A stretch of 62,985 bases of DNA, counting the filler, from Klebsormidium nitens (Eukaryota > Plantae > Klebsormidiophyceae), in the NCBI GenBank assembly GCA_000708835.1. It is 7 parts of 7 records of this genome, joined end to end, with 100 filler letters (N's around TTAATTAATTAA, not from the genome) between each part and the next. Parts side by side here need not be neighbours in the genome. Positions count along the whole stretch, not along the records: positions 41,906 to 49,780 come from DF238271.1; positions 49,881 to 51,952 come from DF238749.1; positions 52,053 to 60,486 come from DF238247.1; 4 more parts are not named here. The stretch is one strand, 5' to 3'. The notes below the pieces were generated by a model, which did not search any database, had not been told where the DNA came from, and saw only the letters and a program-made list of their open reading frames with translations. Position numbers and translations under genes: made by a program. Of this stretch, positions 46,439-57,929 are shown in pieces. Position 1 is the first letter of the stretch. Each line of letters begins with the position of its first letter.

Positions 46439-47025
46439 TTGTCTAGATTTTGCGGAGTCATAGGCATATACAAGACGTACAGAACCTGGACACTCTGGCA
46501 CTGGATGCCGATCTCGTCCAGGTTTTGCAGATTGAAGGCATATACAAACATACAGAACCTGGACAGCTCCAGTGCGAAGGACACCTTTAGTGCGGAGCTG
46601 ACGTGTCTAGCTTTTGCAGAAGCTGGACGCTCTGGCACCGGATGCAGATTTAGTCCAGGTTTTGCAGATCAAAGGCATACACAAATCGCGCAGGATGTGG
46701 ACAGCTCCAGTGCGAATCGTGCAGAACCTGGACAACTCTAGTGCAGAGGACGCTCGTACACTGACGTGTCTAGCTTTGCAGAACCTGACACTCTGGCATC
46801 GGATGCCAACCCTGTCCAGGTTTTGCAGATTGAAGGCATATACAAACGCGCAGAATCTGGACACCTCGAGGGACGATCGTACCCTAATGTGTTCAGGTTT
46901 TGCAGATTGAAGGCATATACAAAACGTGCAGAACCTGGACACCCCTGGTGCCGGAAGCGAACCGCACGGCCCTTGTCTAGCTTTTGCAGAATCAAGGCTT
47001 ATACAAAGCGTGCAGAATCTGGACA
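46439..47025. repeat. Intronic array of ~52-bp palindromic modules separated by 22-38 bp spacers
   Basis: About 8 copies, 2 of them collapsed. Consensus TGTCCAGGTTTTGCA-GATTGAAGGCATATACAAACG-TGCAGAACCTGGACA, with 15-bp inverted arms. Confidence 0.9.
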
Positions 47026-47139
47026 GGATCTGTAAACGACAAAGCAGCCCGGTAGACAACAGCCGTAATGTGCTACAATTCAGTCATGCGTGTTAAGTTG
47101 TCGTCGGTGTTGTTCCATGAAGACTCTTGATAATCTTAC

Positions 47140-48018
47140 ATCGTCCAGCCAAGTGATGACTGAGTCGGCAATAGGTTTGTGCGGGTCCAGAGGCAGCAAC
47201 GGACACTGAGGGGCGGATGGTTTGGAACACCAAGGCAATCTGATGCCCCAATTCTGGGTGTACACACCCTGGTCAATCAGCTCCGCCAAGTGTGGCGGGA
47301 GGACTTCAGCAAGCCTGCGTGCGAGCTGCCCTGCTCCTTGCGGATCCACTGTGTGTGCAAGATTTGAGCGGAAGACCAGCTGCGGGGTGTGCGTCGAAAT
47401 GATGAGATGCAAGCTGAACTTGCCGCCCGGGCCGTAGTCGCAGGGAACCCAGTTGAAGGCCCCCTCGACAAGCTTCACGTCGTAGTCCTCCGCAAACACC
47501 CGCATAATTGCGTCCTGAAATTGTGCAATGACGCTTTCCAGAGTCTCTCCCTCCGGCAGACCGCCATCTCCGTCCATGTCCAGGTATGGTTTGCACGGCC
47601 TCCCCTCTACCAAAACTTCCTCTCCATGAGGCTGCGTCCGAAAATATTCAATTGCCGTGGGCCAATCCGGGTAGGAGCCGAAACTCCTGTACCCTCTACC
47701 CTCAGACAGGTGACGGATCTCAACCTTGTGATCCAGCAGAGCAGCAAAGCGCTTGCTGAACCCCTGTGGCCCGTTCTTGGAGTCTTTGCAGCTAAGCCCG
47801 GAGATGCTGGACATCTTTGAGAAAAAAAAGGTGCCCAGCATCATCTGGCGGACGGTCTGAACGGTGCCGTTCTCAACGGTCTCACTATGGACAATCGTGC
47901 TGTTGGGAGGGAGAGGTCGAATGGGTTGCTCGCTGCTGGGGACACTTGAGGTGGGGTTCTCGTGATTGGAAGGATTTGCAGGGGCAGCTGCCGTCTTGTC
48001 GGGCAGCAACGTGGAAGG
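47140..48018 (-). CDS. AEP primase exon of the primase-helicase
   Basis: GATGTAG| ...RSFGSYPDW..EVLVEGRPCKPYLDMD..KFSLH..IDQGVY..WLDD |GTAAGA; uninterrupted frame. Confidence 0.85.
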
Positions 48019-48382
48019 CTACATCAAGAAAAGAGAAGCGCACAAGCTTTAGATATGTGCCAGTGAATCGACGTCACGAATGATATTTAGATATCTTTGC
48101 ACCGAATCGGTTTCAGACATTGAGATGCAAGCTCGACATCTCCTGGCATCTGCTTTCTTCCGACATACATTGATAAGCGGCAAGATAGGCAAAGCGTCAC
48201 ACTTGATCATTGGTGAAATGCTGTGGTTTGCTGCACGGAAAGATGCTGGCCAGTTTGGAACAATAAACCAGCATGAGGAACTGAGTAAGTAAGGACCTGA
48301 CTCTGTCACAGTTAGTACGTTTGACAAGAATTTTCTCAAGCTGTTTCGTCTGAACTCTCAGAGTGTAGAACTCGGCGCATCC

Positions 48383-49336
48383 TTAGTGGTACATGATGAG
48401 GATCAGTACAAAATGGCCTTGTGTCTGCTGTGCAGCGAGCAATCTGCATTCCTGCGATTGTCTACGAAGGATAGTCAGAGAAGTCGGCATTTTTTGCGTC
48501 CCTGGTGCTGAGCCTACCTCTGCATCAGCATCAAGATCGGCAGCTTTCCGTAGGGTTCCCTCAGTTTTGCGCGCTGTTTTCTTTTGTGCAAGCTCTGCAG
48601 TGTCGCTGCCCTCGTCATCGTTGCGGGACGCAAAAATTCGTCTGGCCTTCAAGCAATTCGGCCGCGTCAATCTGCACAAGTCGACAAGTGGATCAAAATC
48701 TGCGTGGCTAAAGGCGGGATCGATGTTCGCTTCAAGGCAACTTAAAAACAAGGTCCAACTGATTGCATTGCTGAAGTATCTCGGACTGTTGATGCCTAGC
48801 TTTCACATGAAAGGCGACAGCAATTTGAAAACAATTTGCAAGATAATCACGTGATTCAATCGATTGACTGCGCGGGGCAATTCCTCCGTTGTCGTGTGCG
48901 GTCAACACAATGTATCGGGCCGGATGCAGCGGCGGCAGAATGCTGCCAACAAAGGATATATTCTGTCACTGTTGAGCATGTGCCATGCGCGGTCAGTTGC
49001 ACGATGCTTTCAATCAGTGCTGAGCTACTACAATTCAACAAGAATATGCTGGAAAAAATGTTTAGACTGACCTGTTCATCCCTTGCATTGTCAAGCGCAG
49101 CGTAGAACATTGTGGACTGCCAACAATCGTCTGAGTCACCGTCATCGAGGTCGGAAGTCCGCAAGAGAGGTAGCAGAGTCGCTGCCATCCACCGACCTGT
49201 CGTACTCGACCCCCTCCAAGCTTTCGCCATCATTCGCCTCTGATGCGCTATCTGGCTCTGACTCGATGTTCCGGTCTACAATTGCTTCCAATGACTCCGA
49301 GTCCGAGCCCAAGTTGCGGTCTAGACTGGTCGCCAT
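48383..49336 (-). other. Probable upstream (5') exons of the primase-helicase gene, acidic low complexity
   Basis: MATSLDRNLGSDSES.. (49336), ..DEQ|GTCAGT donor, and TTTTTAAG| acceptor at 48741/48740. Phase to the AEP exon not resolved. Confidence 0.3.
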
Positions 49337-49664
49337 GGTTGGGTTGGTTGCTGCTTGGGCGGGCGAGCCGGCTTCTATTGAAAGCTATGGCCCTGAGCAC
49401 ACTGTCGCTGTATTTAGAATCGGGCTTTTGCTCGCAAGTCTGCGCTGGTCGGCGCGTCACTAGGCCCGGAGTCCGGAGTAGGCGGCCTGCTGCTTGTTGT
49501 GAGGGTATGGAAGCTGGAAATGAAGATTTGCGACTCGAAATTCGGAATTTATAGGGTGCAGTCTGCCGCCCGGTCAGGACTTTGTCGACTCCCGAAGGCC
49601 TGAGAAGCGTCCACGTATCGTAAGAACGTCCACGTGTCGCAATAAGACGATTGTACTTACCGAA

Positions 49665-49757
49665 CTCTCACCAGGATATAATACGTAAGTTAACGTGCGG
49701 GCAGGTTTTTGGCGGGATTTCTTGGCCCTCTCACCAGAATATAATACGTAATTCAAC
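49665..49757 (+). repeat. Direct repeat CTCTCACCAG(G/A)ATATAATACGTAA(G/T)T x2, spacing 63 bp, next to a gap
   Basis: Copies start at about 49665 and 49728. Confidence 0.8.
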
Positions 49758-52260
49758 GAGGGGCCGGACTTGTCCCTCCANNNNNNNNNNNNNNNNNNNN
49801 NNNNNNNNNNNNNNNNNNNNNNNNTTAATTAATTAANNNNNNNNNNNNNNNNNNNNNNNNNNNNNNNNNNNNNNNNNNNNTTTGGAAGTTGAAGGTAGTG
49901 CAGGACTGCTTTACACCTTGGAGCAGCATATAGTGAAGTTCTCACGACAGTCAGATGTGTGCAGTAGCTTTCAAGCGTGCCTGCATTGAGCAGAGTGCTG
50001 GAGCTTTCTGGTTCTGGGGTGGACGCCGTGGTTCGCACCTCAGTCAGAGGGCTTTCATATATCAGAGCAACATTCTTTTGACATAAAACCTGTGCAATTG
50101 CATTTGCGCATGCCTGCAATCTGGCAGAGTGCTGGAGCTTTCTGGTGAATGGTGGATGCAGTGTTTCACACCACCCCTCCAGTATGCCGGTGCCTGTTTG
50201 GAGCATGTCCCTCTGCTTCTCGGGTTGTTTCACCTGTCAGGCCAGAATGAGATCACACCATCCCGGAGCTAGGTGGTTGGTATGGAAGTTGATCATCACA
50301 GCCTCTGATTGCAACAAGGCATTGCTCGACGAGTTTAGGTCAGTCTTGGTGTTCTCGCAACAAGTTGCATTTGAAGGTCTTGTCAGGGTGGAAAAGAGGA
50401 TGTTCAACGTCATCAGTTAAATTATGTTGCAAGCTTTATGCCAGCATTTTTCTATTGCTTGGGCTGGGGCAAGCTTGAATGCTTGCTCACCTGAGATTCA
50501 CCAAGAATTGCAACCACAATAATCATGACAAATGGACAGGAACACTCTGTCAGGATGGCTGCTGCATATCCAGGAAGTTCGTGTATATCTGAGTATGCCA
50601 TCGCTGTCAATCGTCAAGGCAGACACTCCAAAGTATCTGAGTTGCCTGAGACTCTCGTCTGTCATTCTTTAAACAGATCAGAAAGGAACCAGAGGCGCCC
50701 TGTGAGGATCTGGGGCCTAGACTGCTGCCTGCTGCTCCTCTTCAAAGATTATGATGGTCGGCAGACCCTGCCAAATCGCACAGCATGGGGAAGGCTGGCA
50801 GCCATTTTTGTGTGAACATGCATCCGCTAACCCCCTTCTCTCCTTGTCCCAGCTGCTGCAAGAGGGGGAGGGACCGAGGGCGCGGGCGCTTCAGGGGACG
50901 TTGAAATGCCGGATGTTGACTATGGGAGAGGTGAGTGTCCTTGCCTGGGGCGTCAGTCTTGGAAATGCAGGGCTGGTATGTGCGGTTGCTGAAGCGTCTG
51001 CTCAGCTATTCAGTTTTCAAGTGTACCTTCTTCTTCTGAGCATCAATATGCCCTTTCCCTCATCAGTCGGCAATTTTTCTGATCGCTTTCAAGGACGTTG
51101 ACTGTTTGTTTATGGGCTGGCAGATTTGCACAAGGTAAACTTGCGCCTGGCAGACTTGCCCGCCCAACATGAGCTGTATCATTGGATTGTATGCTGATCC
51201 TACTTTTGGTTTGGCTGTTTCAAAAGCATGCTCATAAGCCTTGGGGAAATAAGCTCTCGGGACCTGTTGCTGCTCACAATTTTGAAGCACCCTTTGCAGG
51301 ATATATGGGCTTTCTTAAGAGCCAGTTGCATTTGGAAGCCTCTGTAGGTATCTAATAGGTTTTGCACTGCAGACATCCATCTGAACCTGTAATGAGAGCA
51401 GGGACCTTGGTCCTCTCGAGCAACTCTTAATCCGCTGTCAGAACATTATTAAGCTTATTGAGCTTAATTGCCTGGCATGACCAAATTCTGCACCAGGTGG
51501 CGTCCAGAAATTTAAAGCAAAGGGATGTTAGGCAGTGCAGCTGCCGTTGACAAAAGCAGCATGGAGAGCGAGCTCCGGAACTCTGCCTGATCTACTCCCC
51601 TTTCTGGTGCAGCTGCTGGAACGAGGCAGACTGGTGCAGCTGCAGGCCCGTCCCAAGACACGATCATGCATGACACAACGCGGGGAGAATACAGACGTGA
51701 GTTGTGCTAAGCAAGTCTTCTGGCTCATTTGCAGTGTGGCTGTGCTATCTATTTGCCTCTCGCCTGTTGCCCTTGCGATTCAGCTGGTGACATGGGTGCC
51801 ACAAGTTTCTCTCTAGATATTTTCAGGGAGACTGCTCGCTTCAAAAAAGAATTGAAGGCACTGCGGAGATAAGAAGCCTTTTTTTCTCTTGACCCCTGCC
51901 AGCTCAGGTCTGCTTGCGTCCTTGGGCGACACATCAAACAGGGTCCACAAATNNNNNNNNNNNNNNNNNNNNNNNNNNNNNNNNNNNNNNNNNNNNTTAA
52001 TTAATTAANNNNNNNNNNNNNNNNNNNNNNNNNNNNNNNNNNNNNNNNNNNNGTCGTGAAATTTAGATTTTAGCGTCCGCTCGAAGACGATCGCCTCATC
52101 GCCGTCGCAAATGGTGGAGTACACCTTGCCGTTATCGCTGGTGATCTCCACCATTGGCATCTCCTTGGAGTGCGCCGTTGGATTGCGGGGCAACTCGGAG
52201 TCCGAATGCGTCCTCGATGGCGAGGCACCACCGGTACGAGCTCCGCCATGTTCTCCGGAT

Positions 52261-53037
52261 CCTGCTTGGCACAGCACCAAAGTTAGCTTAACATAACAGC
52301 TAGGCACAAGGTAAACCGGTAAATGTTTCCGTAATTCTGGTAGCATCCGCGTGCTAGCTAGTTTCAACAATTTAAGATTGATAAACTAGGAACCGGTATC
52401 AAGCCCAACATCCTTTTCTTCCTTCGGAATACAAAGTTTGGTCTTGCGAGATTTCTCGTTTTAATCAACCAACCAAAACTAGAATATACATTCAAAACAT
52501 ATCTCCATTTTAACCCTTAAAACAATAACGGACGAAGTCGAATCGTTCAGTTAATATAGCCAAGGACCTTTTGCGAAACAAATAATGGAGTAGAATGATT
52601 CAAGATGACAATGAGCAATACGGAGCTCTTTAAAACAGAAGCAAGAAGATCCTGCGGTACACAGCGCCAATAATAGCTTAACATAGTTGCTACGAATGAG
52701 GTAAAAAGGTAAATGTCTCCTTAATCCTGGTAGCATCCTCGTGCTTGTTAGTTTCAACAAGTGAATGCTGATAAAGTTGGAACTGGATTCAAGCCCATCA
52801 CCCTTTTCCTCCTTCGAATTGAACAGCTTGATAAAGCGAGATTTCTCATTTGAATCAACCAAAAAAAACTAGAATCTACATTCAAAACTTTTCTCCATTT
52901 CATCTCTTAAAGCAATAACGGACAAAGTCGAATCGTTCCTTATAGCCAAGGACCTTTTACGAAACAATTAAAGGAGTAAAAAGAATCAAGATGACAATGA
53001 GCAATACGGAGCCCTTTAAAACGGAAGCAAGAAGTGC
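52261..53037. repeat. AT-rich tandem duplication, about 390-bp unit x2
   Basis: CCTG..CACAGC.CCAA..AGCTTAACATA..CTGGTAGCATCC.CGTGCT..AAAACTAGAAT..GTCGAATCGTTC..CAAGATGACAATGAGCAATACGGAGC present twice. Confidence 0.85.
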
Positions 53038-53361
53038 ATTTTTGCTACCCGGAATCGTGATAACAAACTGAAACGAAAACAAATACCCCCTGAACAATAA
53101 ACAATAAGTTTTCGATTCAAAGTAGGTGTTAATGTGTTCATTCACCTGAACGCTGGTCGTGATCGGCCTGCTAAGATGCCTGCTTCCCTTCCCCGGAAAG
53201 CCGACTTCCAACTGTCAGTCCTTGCCGTGGCGGCTTGAACGCGGTGAGAGCTGCACACAATTCGGGCAAAGAATAGTTCAGTAACTACTAGTACGTGACT
53301 TACTGTAGGGGGCTCATCTTTACCATATGAATCTGTAGTTTGAAGCACCGTCTATCTCGTA

Positions 53362-56300
53362 GCATCGCATGTAGCATGCAATGCTTCGTCAAAAGTTCCG
53401 ATCCAAGCTGTCTGACAGCAACTTCGCAGGTGGTCACACTTAACAGCAGCTCTTTGAGCACAGTATCGTAGGCGACATGCGATGCTGCAACTTATCTGAT
53501 GCCATTGCGTGCTGACGTCAGCACACGTGCGGAAACTGCCGAGAAGCGCCCCGATCGTCGAACCTACAAACCTACGAATGAGCGAGATGGGCGACGAGGG
53601 TTTGTGACATTCGCGGAATCCCATGATCGCAGCAGCAAGCACGAGCACCCCTGCGTGGCTGCTCGAATGTGATTGGACGCGCGAACATCCTAAGATGCTC
53701 CGATTGGCTGGTAAGGATGTGCCTATCCTTTTGCGCCATTCTGATTGGTCATGTTCGCTTGAAACACGTGCATGCGCCAACTTGCATGTCAGTAAAATAA
53801 TGTAGTAATATATGGTTAGAAAATACGCAACCTGAAGATCATTAGTCAAGCACCCGACTGGATTTTGCGGCTGCCGGTGGAAACAACAAATGTATGAAAA
53901 TCATATAAGCCGCGAGGCAGCCGTAAAGTGTGACGCTAAAGCAGTCACAGATAACAAATTGATCTCGCAAAAGTTGCTCCACTTTAGCGTCACATTTAGC
54001 GTCCTGCTTCAAAGGTTTCAGAAAAGCGTCATTTGTCCTTTTTCCCAACTTTTGAAGTTGGTTTTCAGGGCGCCGCCGGAGAATACGGCCGTTTCAGCAA
54101 AGTATCGTTTATGAAAACGATGCTTTCTTGTGGGCTGCTAGCAAATGCCTAGATGCGAGCTCAGGTCCGCTTTCAGTGCATCAGAGATAAAAGCATCGCA
54201 CCCGGCATGTGACGCCTTTGTCTGAAACCTCTGTGCAGAGCTGGCTTCGAAGGTTAGTGCCGCATCCTGCCTAGGACGATTCTCTCTTGCTGTCGTTCGT
54301 GAGCTTCTTAAAGTTTCTTAGAACGTCGCATGCAGGGTGCGACGCTCGCAGGCGATCGTTCATCTGGGGTTTAGCTAAGCTAGTGTCACCTGCTGCCTGC
54401 GACGCCTGTGGTTGTATGGCCTCTCGGAGTGGGATTGTAATTAGGATCACTCGCTCAAAAAAAACAGATCAGGACTCTCAGAATACCACAGCAGAGAGTG
54501 AGACAGTCTCGACACGTACTTCACCGTTTGGAAAGAACCTGCAAAGCGGCCCAGGGCCAAGAAGTTCTATCCCGGATAGTGTTTTGAATAACCGAAGCGA
54601 ACCGAGTATGGGGCGTGCAAAGAAGCCAAAGCCGGAAGCTGCACAGGTTGACCCTGAGGACTTGCCGCTAGGAACGAGGAAGCCCAGGTCCAAGCTGAAG
54701 CGGGGGGATAGAGGCAACGAAGAAGCGGAATCCGCTCATGCGGAAGGCGGGAAAGGAGTCTCCGAAGTTAACCCTGCTGCAATGCCCTCGGTGGTGGCAG
54801 AAGCGGAGTCAAATTTCGAGGGTGGGGTAGGCGTGCAACGAGCGGAGGCGGCTGCCGCAGAAGGCGGTTCTGGTGACCGCGCGGCCGCCGGAATCGCCGC
54901 CGAAGATCAGCCGGTTGGCCTGGAGGTTTCGGAAAGTGGAGCGGGCGCGCGGCTCGAAGTCGCGAGCGCGCCGACGGAAGTGGGCCCGGGCGGGGCGGCC
55001 GGTGACGTGTCGGGGGTAAACCTTGGAAAAACCGCGACTACAAACCCGCCCGCGGTCAGTGAGCTGTCGGCCTTAGGTGCGGTAAGGGGCGCGACCCAAA
55101 AGGCGCACGACCCTGAGTTAGGGAAGAAGGAAGACAAGGGGGAGGCGGAGGGAACCGGAGAAGGGGTAACCAAGGAACCGCCTGAGGTTCAGGTGGAGGG
55201 GCTGCAAGGGCGGTCAAGCCTTGAAGGGGTTGAGTCCTCCGCGGTTGATATTGAGAAGAAGAGAAGCGAGGTTAGCGCAGCGCAAGAGAAGAAGAGTGGG
55301 GAAGTTTCAGCAGAGATGAGCGAAGAGGAGGGTAAGGGTACCGAGCATGACAAGGCACCACCCAAAGAGACACCTCTTGCTAAGCCCACAGAGAAGGGGG
55401 GTGCAAAGAATACGAGAAAGTCAGGGAAGGGGGATGCAACAGGCACGTCAGAGCCGGGTGATGGAGGGGAGAAGGAGGCACCAACTGGGGCGGTGGGCTC
55501 GGGAGATTTCTTCGGACCGTCAGGGAAGATCAACCCTGAGAGGATGGAGTACATCAGGAAGCTGGCTCAGGAATTCAAGGAGGGGAAGGGGGGTGAAGAG
55601 GCATAGGGCCTGAATGCTGAAGAGGTAGGTTTGATAGATTGGATAATATTTTGGAAGACTTGTTGGGTTGCTTGATTGTAGAAGCGTCGCAAACTGCATG
55701 AGATGCTGTGGACTTACTGTGGTTCTCTACCTCATCTGATACTTGAGATGGGGACTGCAAAGGGGTACAAAGGGATGGTCTTTGTCTGAACGTCGCATGC
55801 TGCCTGTGACGCTCTTGATTGTTGAGGTTGTCATGTCCTTCTTATACTTTCAGATATAGTCTGCATACTGGCTGTTTGTAGTCGGAAGCACCGCATGCTG
55901 CCTGTGATACCATTGGCCACTGAGGTTCTCGTGTTTTTGTGATATTTTGGAAAAGGGTTTCCTTAGGGTTATTGCCAGCATGAACTGTGCGTTCGTCAGT
56001 GCTTTAAAATTCATCATTCTTCTTTTCTGTGTTCTTCCAGCGTCGCATCCTGCCTGTGATACTAGGATACATTGTTGGCATGACTTGCTGGCGTTTGTAA
56101 GGAATCTGTAGCTGTTCACGCCCGTTTCAGAGCTAGCTGGTTTAAAAACAGACACCTGGTACAGAACAGGTTGCTGGCAGTCCATGTCCAGTGTCATGTT
56201 CATCAAGCCTCTGAGTTATCCTTTGCTAGTCCTCTTGCGAGAGTATCGCCTCCAGCATGTGATGCTATATTTCTTTTCCCGAAATATTTACTGTTCTGAT

Positions 56301-57929
56301 TGGTTCAATGCGCGCACCTAACTGCGTTTCTTAACCCTTGCAGTTCCGCAAGCTCACCGACCTGGTAAGCGTGCATCAGGTCGCGCGCCGTATGACGTCT
56401 CTGATGGAAGCAACCGCCGCCTATCCAAAGGACTGGGATGGGAGGGGCAAGCTGCACTTCGACATCCCGATGTGCATGCTGCAAAACGGGAACGACGCAG
56501 AGAAGTTCGGTGTAGTGCACCCTGAGGTAGACGACAACGGACGGCCCAAAACGGTGCGGATCACGGAAAGGATGACAACGCCTGCGCAGGTCAGGACGGG
56601 GGAGAGGATCTGGGTAGAGGGCCACATCAAGGAGAGGGGGGACGTGACGGCAGTGATCAGACCGTTTGGGAAAGACGTTCTGATCACCGAAGAAGACAAG
56701 GCGGCGATGTCTGTCGAAGACCGGGCGGATCTAGAGAAGTTTGAGAAGACGGTCGAGCAGATGTGCAAGAGCGAGGACGCGGGAGTGAAGGTGAAGGGGG
56801 AGTGTCTGAAGGCGAACGTGGTGGGGAGGTGGCTGTTCCTTGTGGATGGGAACTCGAGGTGAGCACACTTGTGAAATAATGTAGTGGTCAACGCCCGATA
56901 TGCTAAAGTTGCATGTCCTTTGTTTTTTGACTGCATTCACTGATTACATTGCCTCAAATTATAGAAAGGAAGCTTAACAAGGTCCGAGGTAAAGTTAGCC
57001 AGGTATTCTATCCTGAATGTTGTTGGTTGCGAATCTTTCTTTGCCATACGTTCTGACAATAAAACCAGCGACTCGGCAGGGCTGACTCCGTTGCTTCGTA
57101 CCAAAGGTCATCGGGCTGTACGCTGTGCTAAATATGCTACACAATTAGTCGTTGATTTGATTCCATTACTCTTCAGGCTGGAGGGATACAAACGGGGTCG
57201 TACCAAGGACAAGGCTGACACGGGAAAGACTACTAAGGACATCTTCTTCCAAACGTTCTTGGTCGGCCTCACCGCTGACAACATGGACGACGTCGCGGCT
57301 ATGTCCCGGCAGATAAACGACAACAACATCGAGTTCAACTCCAAGAAGACTGTGGCGCAGGAGGTTTATGCCTGCTACCAAATGAACGACAAGTCCGAAG
57401 AAGAGATGGAGAAGATCGTCAGCGGAGCGGTGAGTTTACTGAGAGTGTCGCAGGCAGAATGCGATGCTTTGCTTCTTCAACCTTTGGAATTTTATCTCAG
57501 AGAGTGTCGCAGGCAGGATGCGATGCTTTGCTTCTTCAACCTTTGGAATTCTATCTCAGAGAGTGTCGCAGGCAGGATGCGATGTTTTGCTTCTTCAACC
57601 TTTCGAATTTTTATATCAGAGAGTGTCGCAGGCAGGATGCAATGCTGTGCTTCTTCAACCTTTGGGACTTCAATAACGTTAGGAGATAGATAGCCTGTAG
57701 ACGGTTGCACAATTTAAAGCATATCCCCTGTCTCCTGGAGTGTCGCAGGCAGGCTGTGACGCCTAGTTGTTTTCCTCCTCTGAGTTCCCATAGGGTAAAC
57801 AGAGAGAAGCCTTGTAGGACGGATGTTCTGTATGCGCGGAATTGTTCTTATTTTTGGGTCTGTCTCTTTGTCGTGGTTTATTTTCCTGTACTTGATTGCT
57901 GTCAAGGTGTCACATGCTGAGTGTGATAC
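53362..57929. promoter_or_regulatory. Dispersed spaced palindrome G(C/T)(G/A)TC(G/A)CA-N7-TG(C/T)GA(C/T)(G/A)C, at least 15 copies; putative protein-binding sites
   Basis: Copies start at 53362, 54193, 54323, 54383, 55684, 55790, 55888, 56040, 56243, 57445 (plus 3 tandem copies to about 57650), 57740 and 57907. The spacer is 7 nt in each. The regulatory role is inferred. Confidence 0.6.

Larger units (their letters stand above)
41906..48018 (-). pseudogene. Spliced virus-type primase-helicase: AEP (PrimPol/UL52-like), Zn finger and UL9/origin-binding-protein-like SF2 helicase; frameshifted; 3' end in the gap
   Basis: Exons 48018-47140, 46379-45844, 45371-44326 and 43084 to <41906, with GT-AG junctions in compatible phases (0, 2, 1). 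AEP motifs: CKPYLDMD, KFSLHLII, IDQGVYTQN..IRL..SK. ZnF-like: CYAGHIH..KCSS. Helicase: IRSPMDTGKST, VTYRQ, QFDSL, DLVIFDEIES, IALDG, SPTVEPAVDF, QMKSRVR. Confidence 0.85.

Noticed and set aside
46439-47025. CRISPR array (palindromic repeat with spacers)
   Set aside because: Eukaryotic intron, no cas genes, repeats are long and degenerate or collapsed, and spacers recur. Reported as a palindromic module array instead.
51060-51820. ARM-repeat-like fragments (LLPFLVQLLERG)
   Set aside because: Too short, with no supportable exon chain.
54287-54607. 5' extension of the 439-aa ORF from an upstream TTG
   Set aside because: Non-ATG start in a region containing the N7 palindromes; the ATG at 54608 is the more plausible start.
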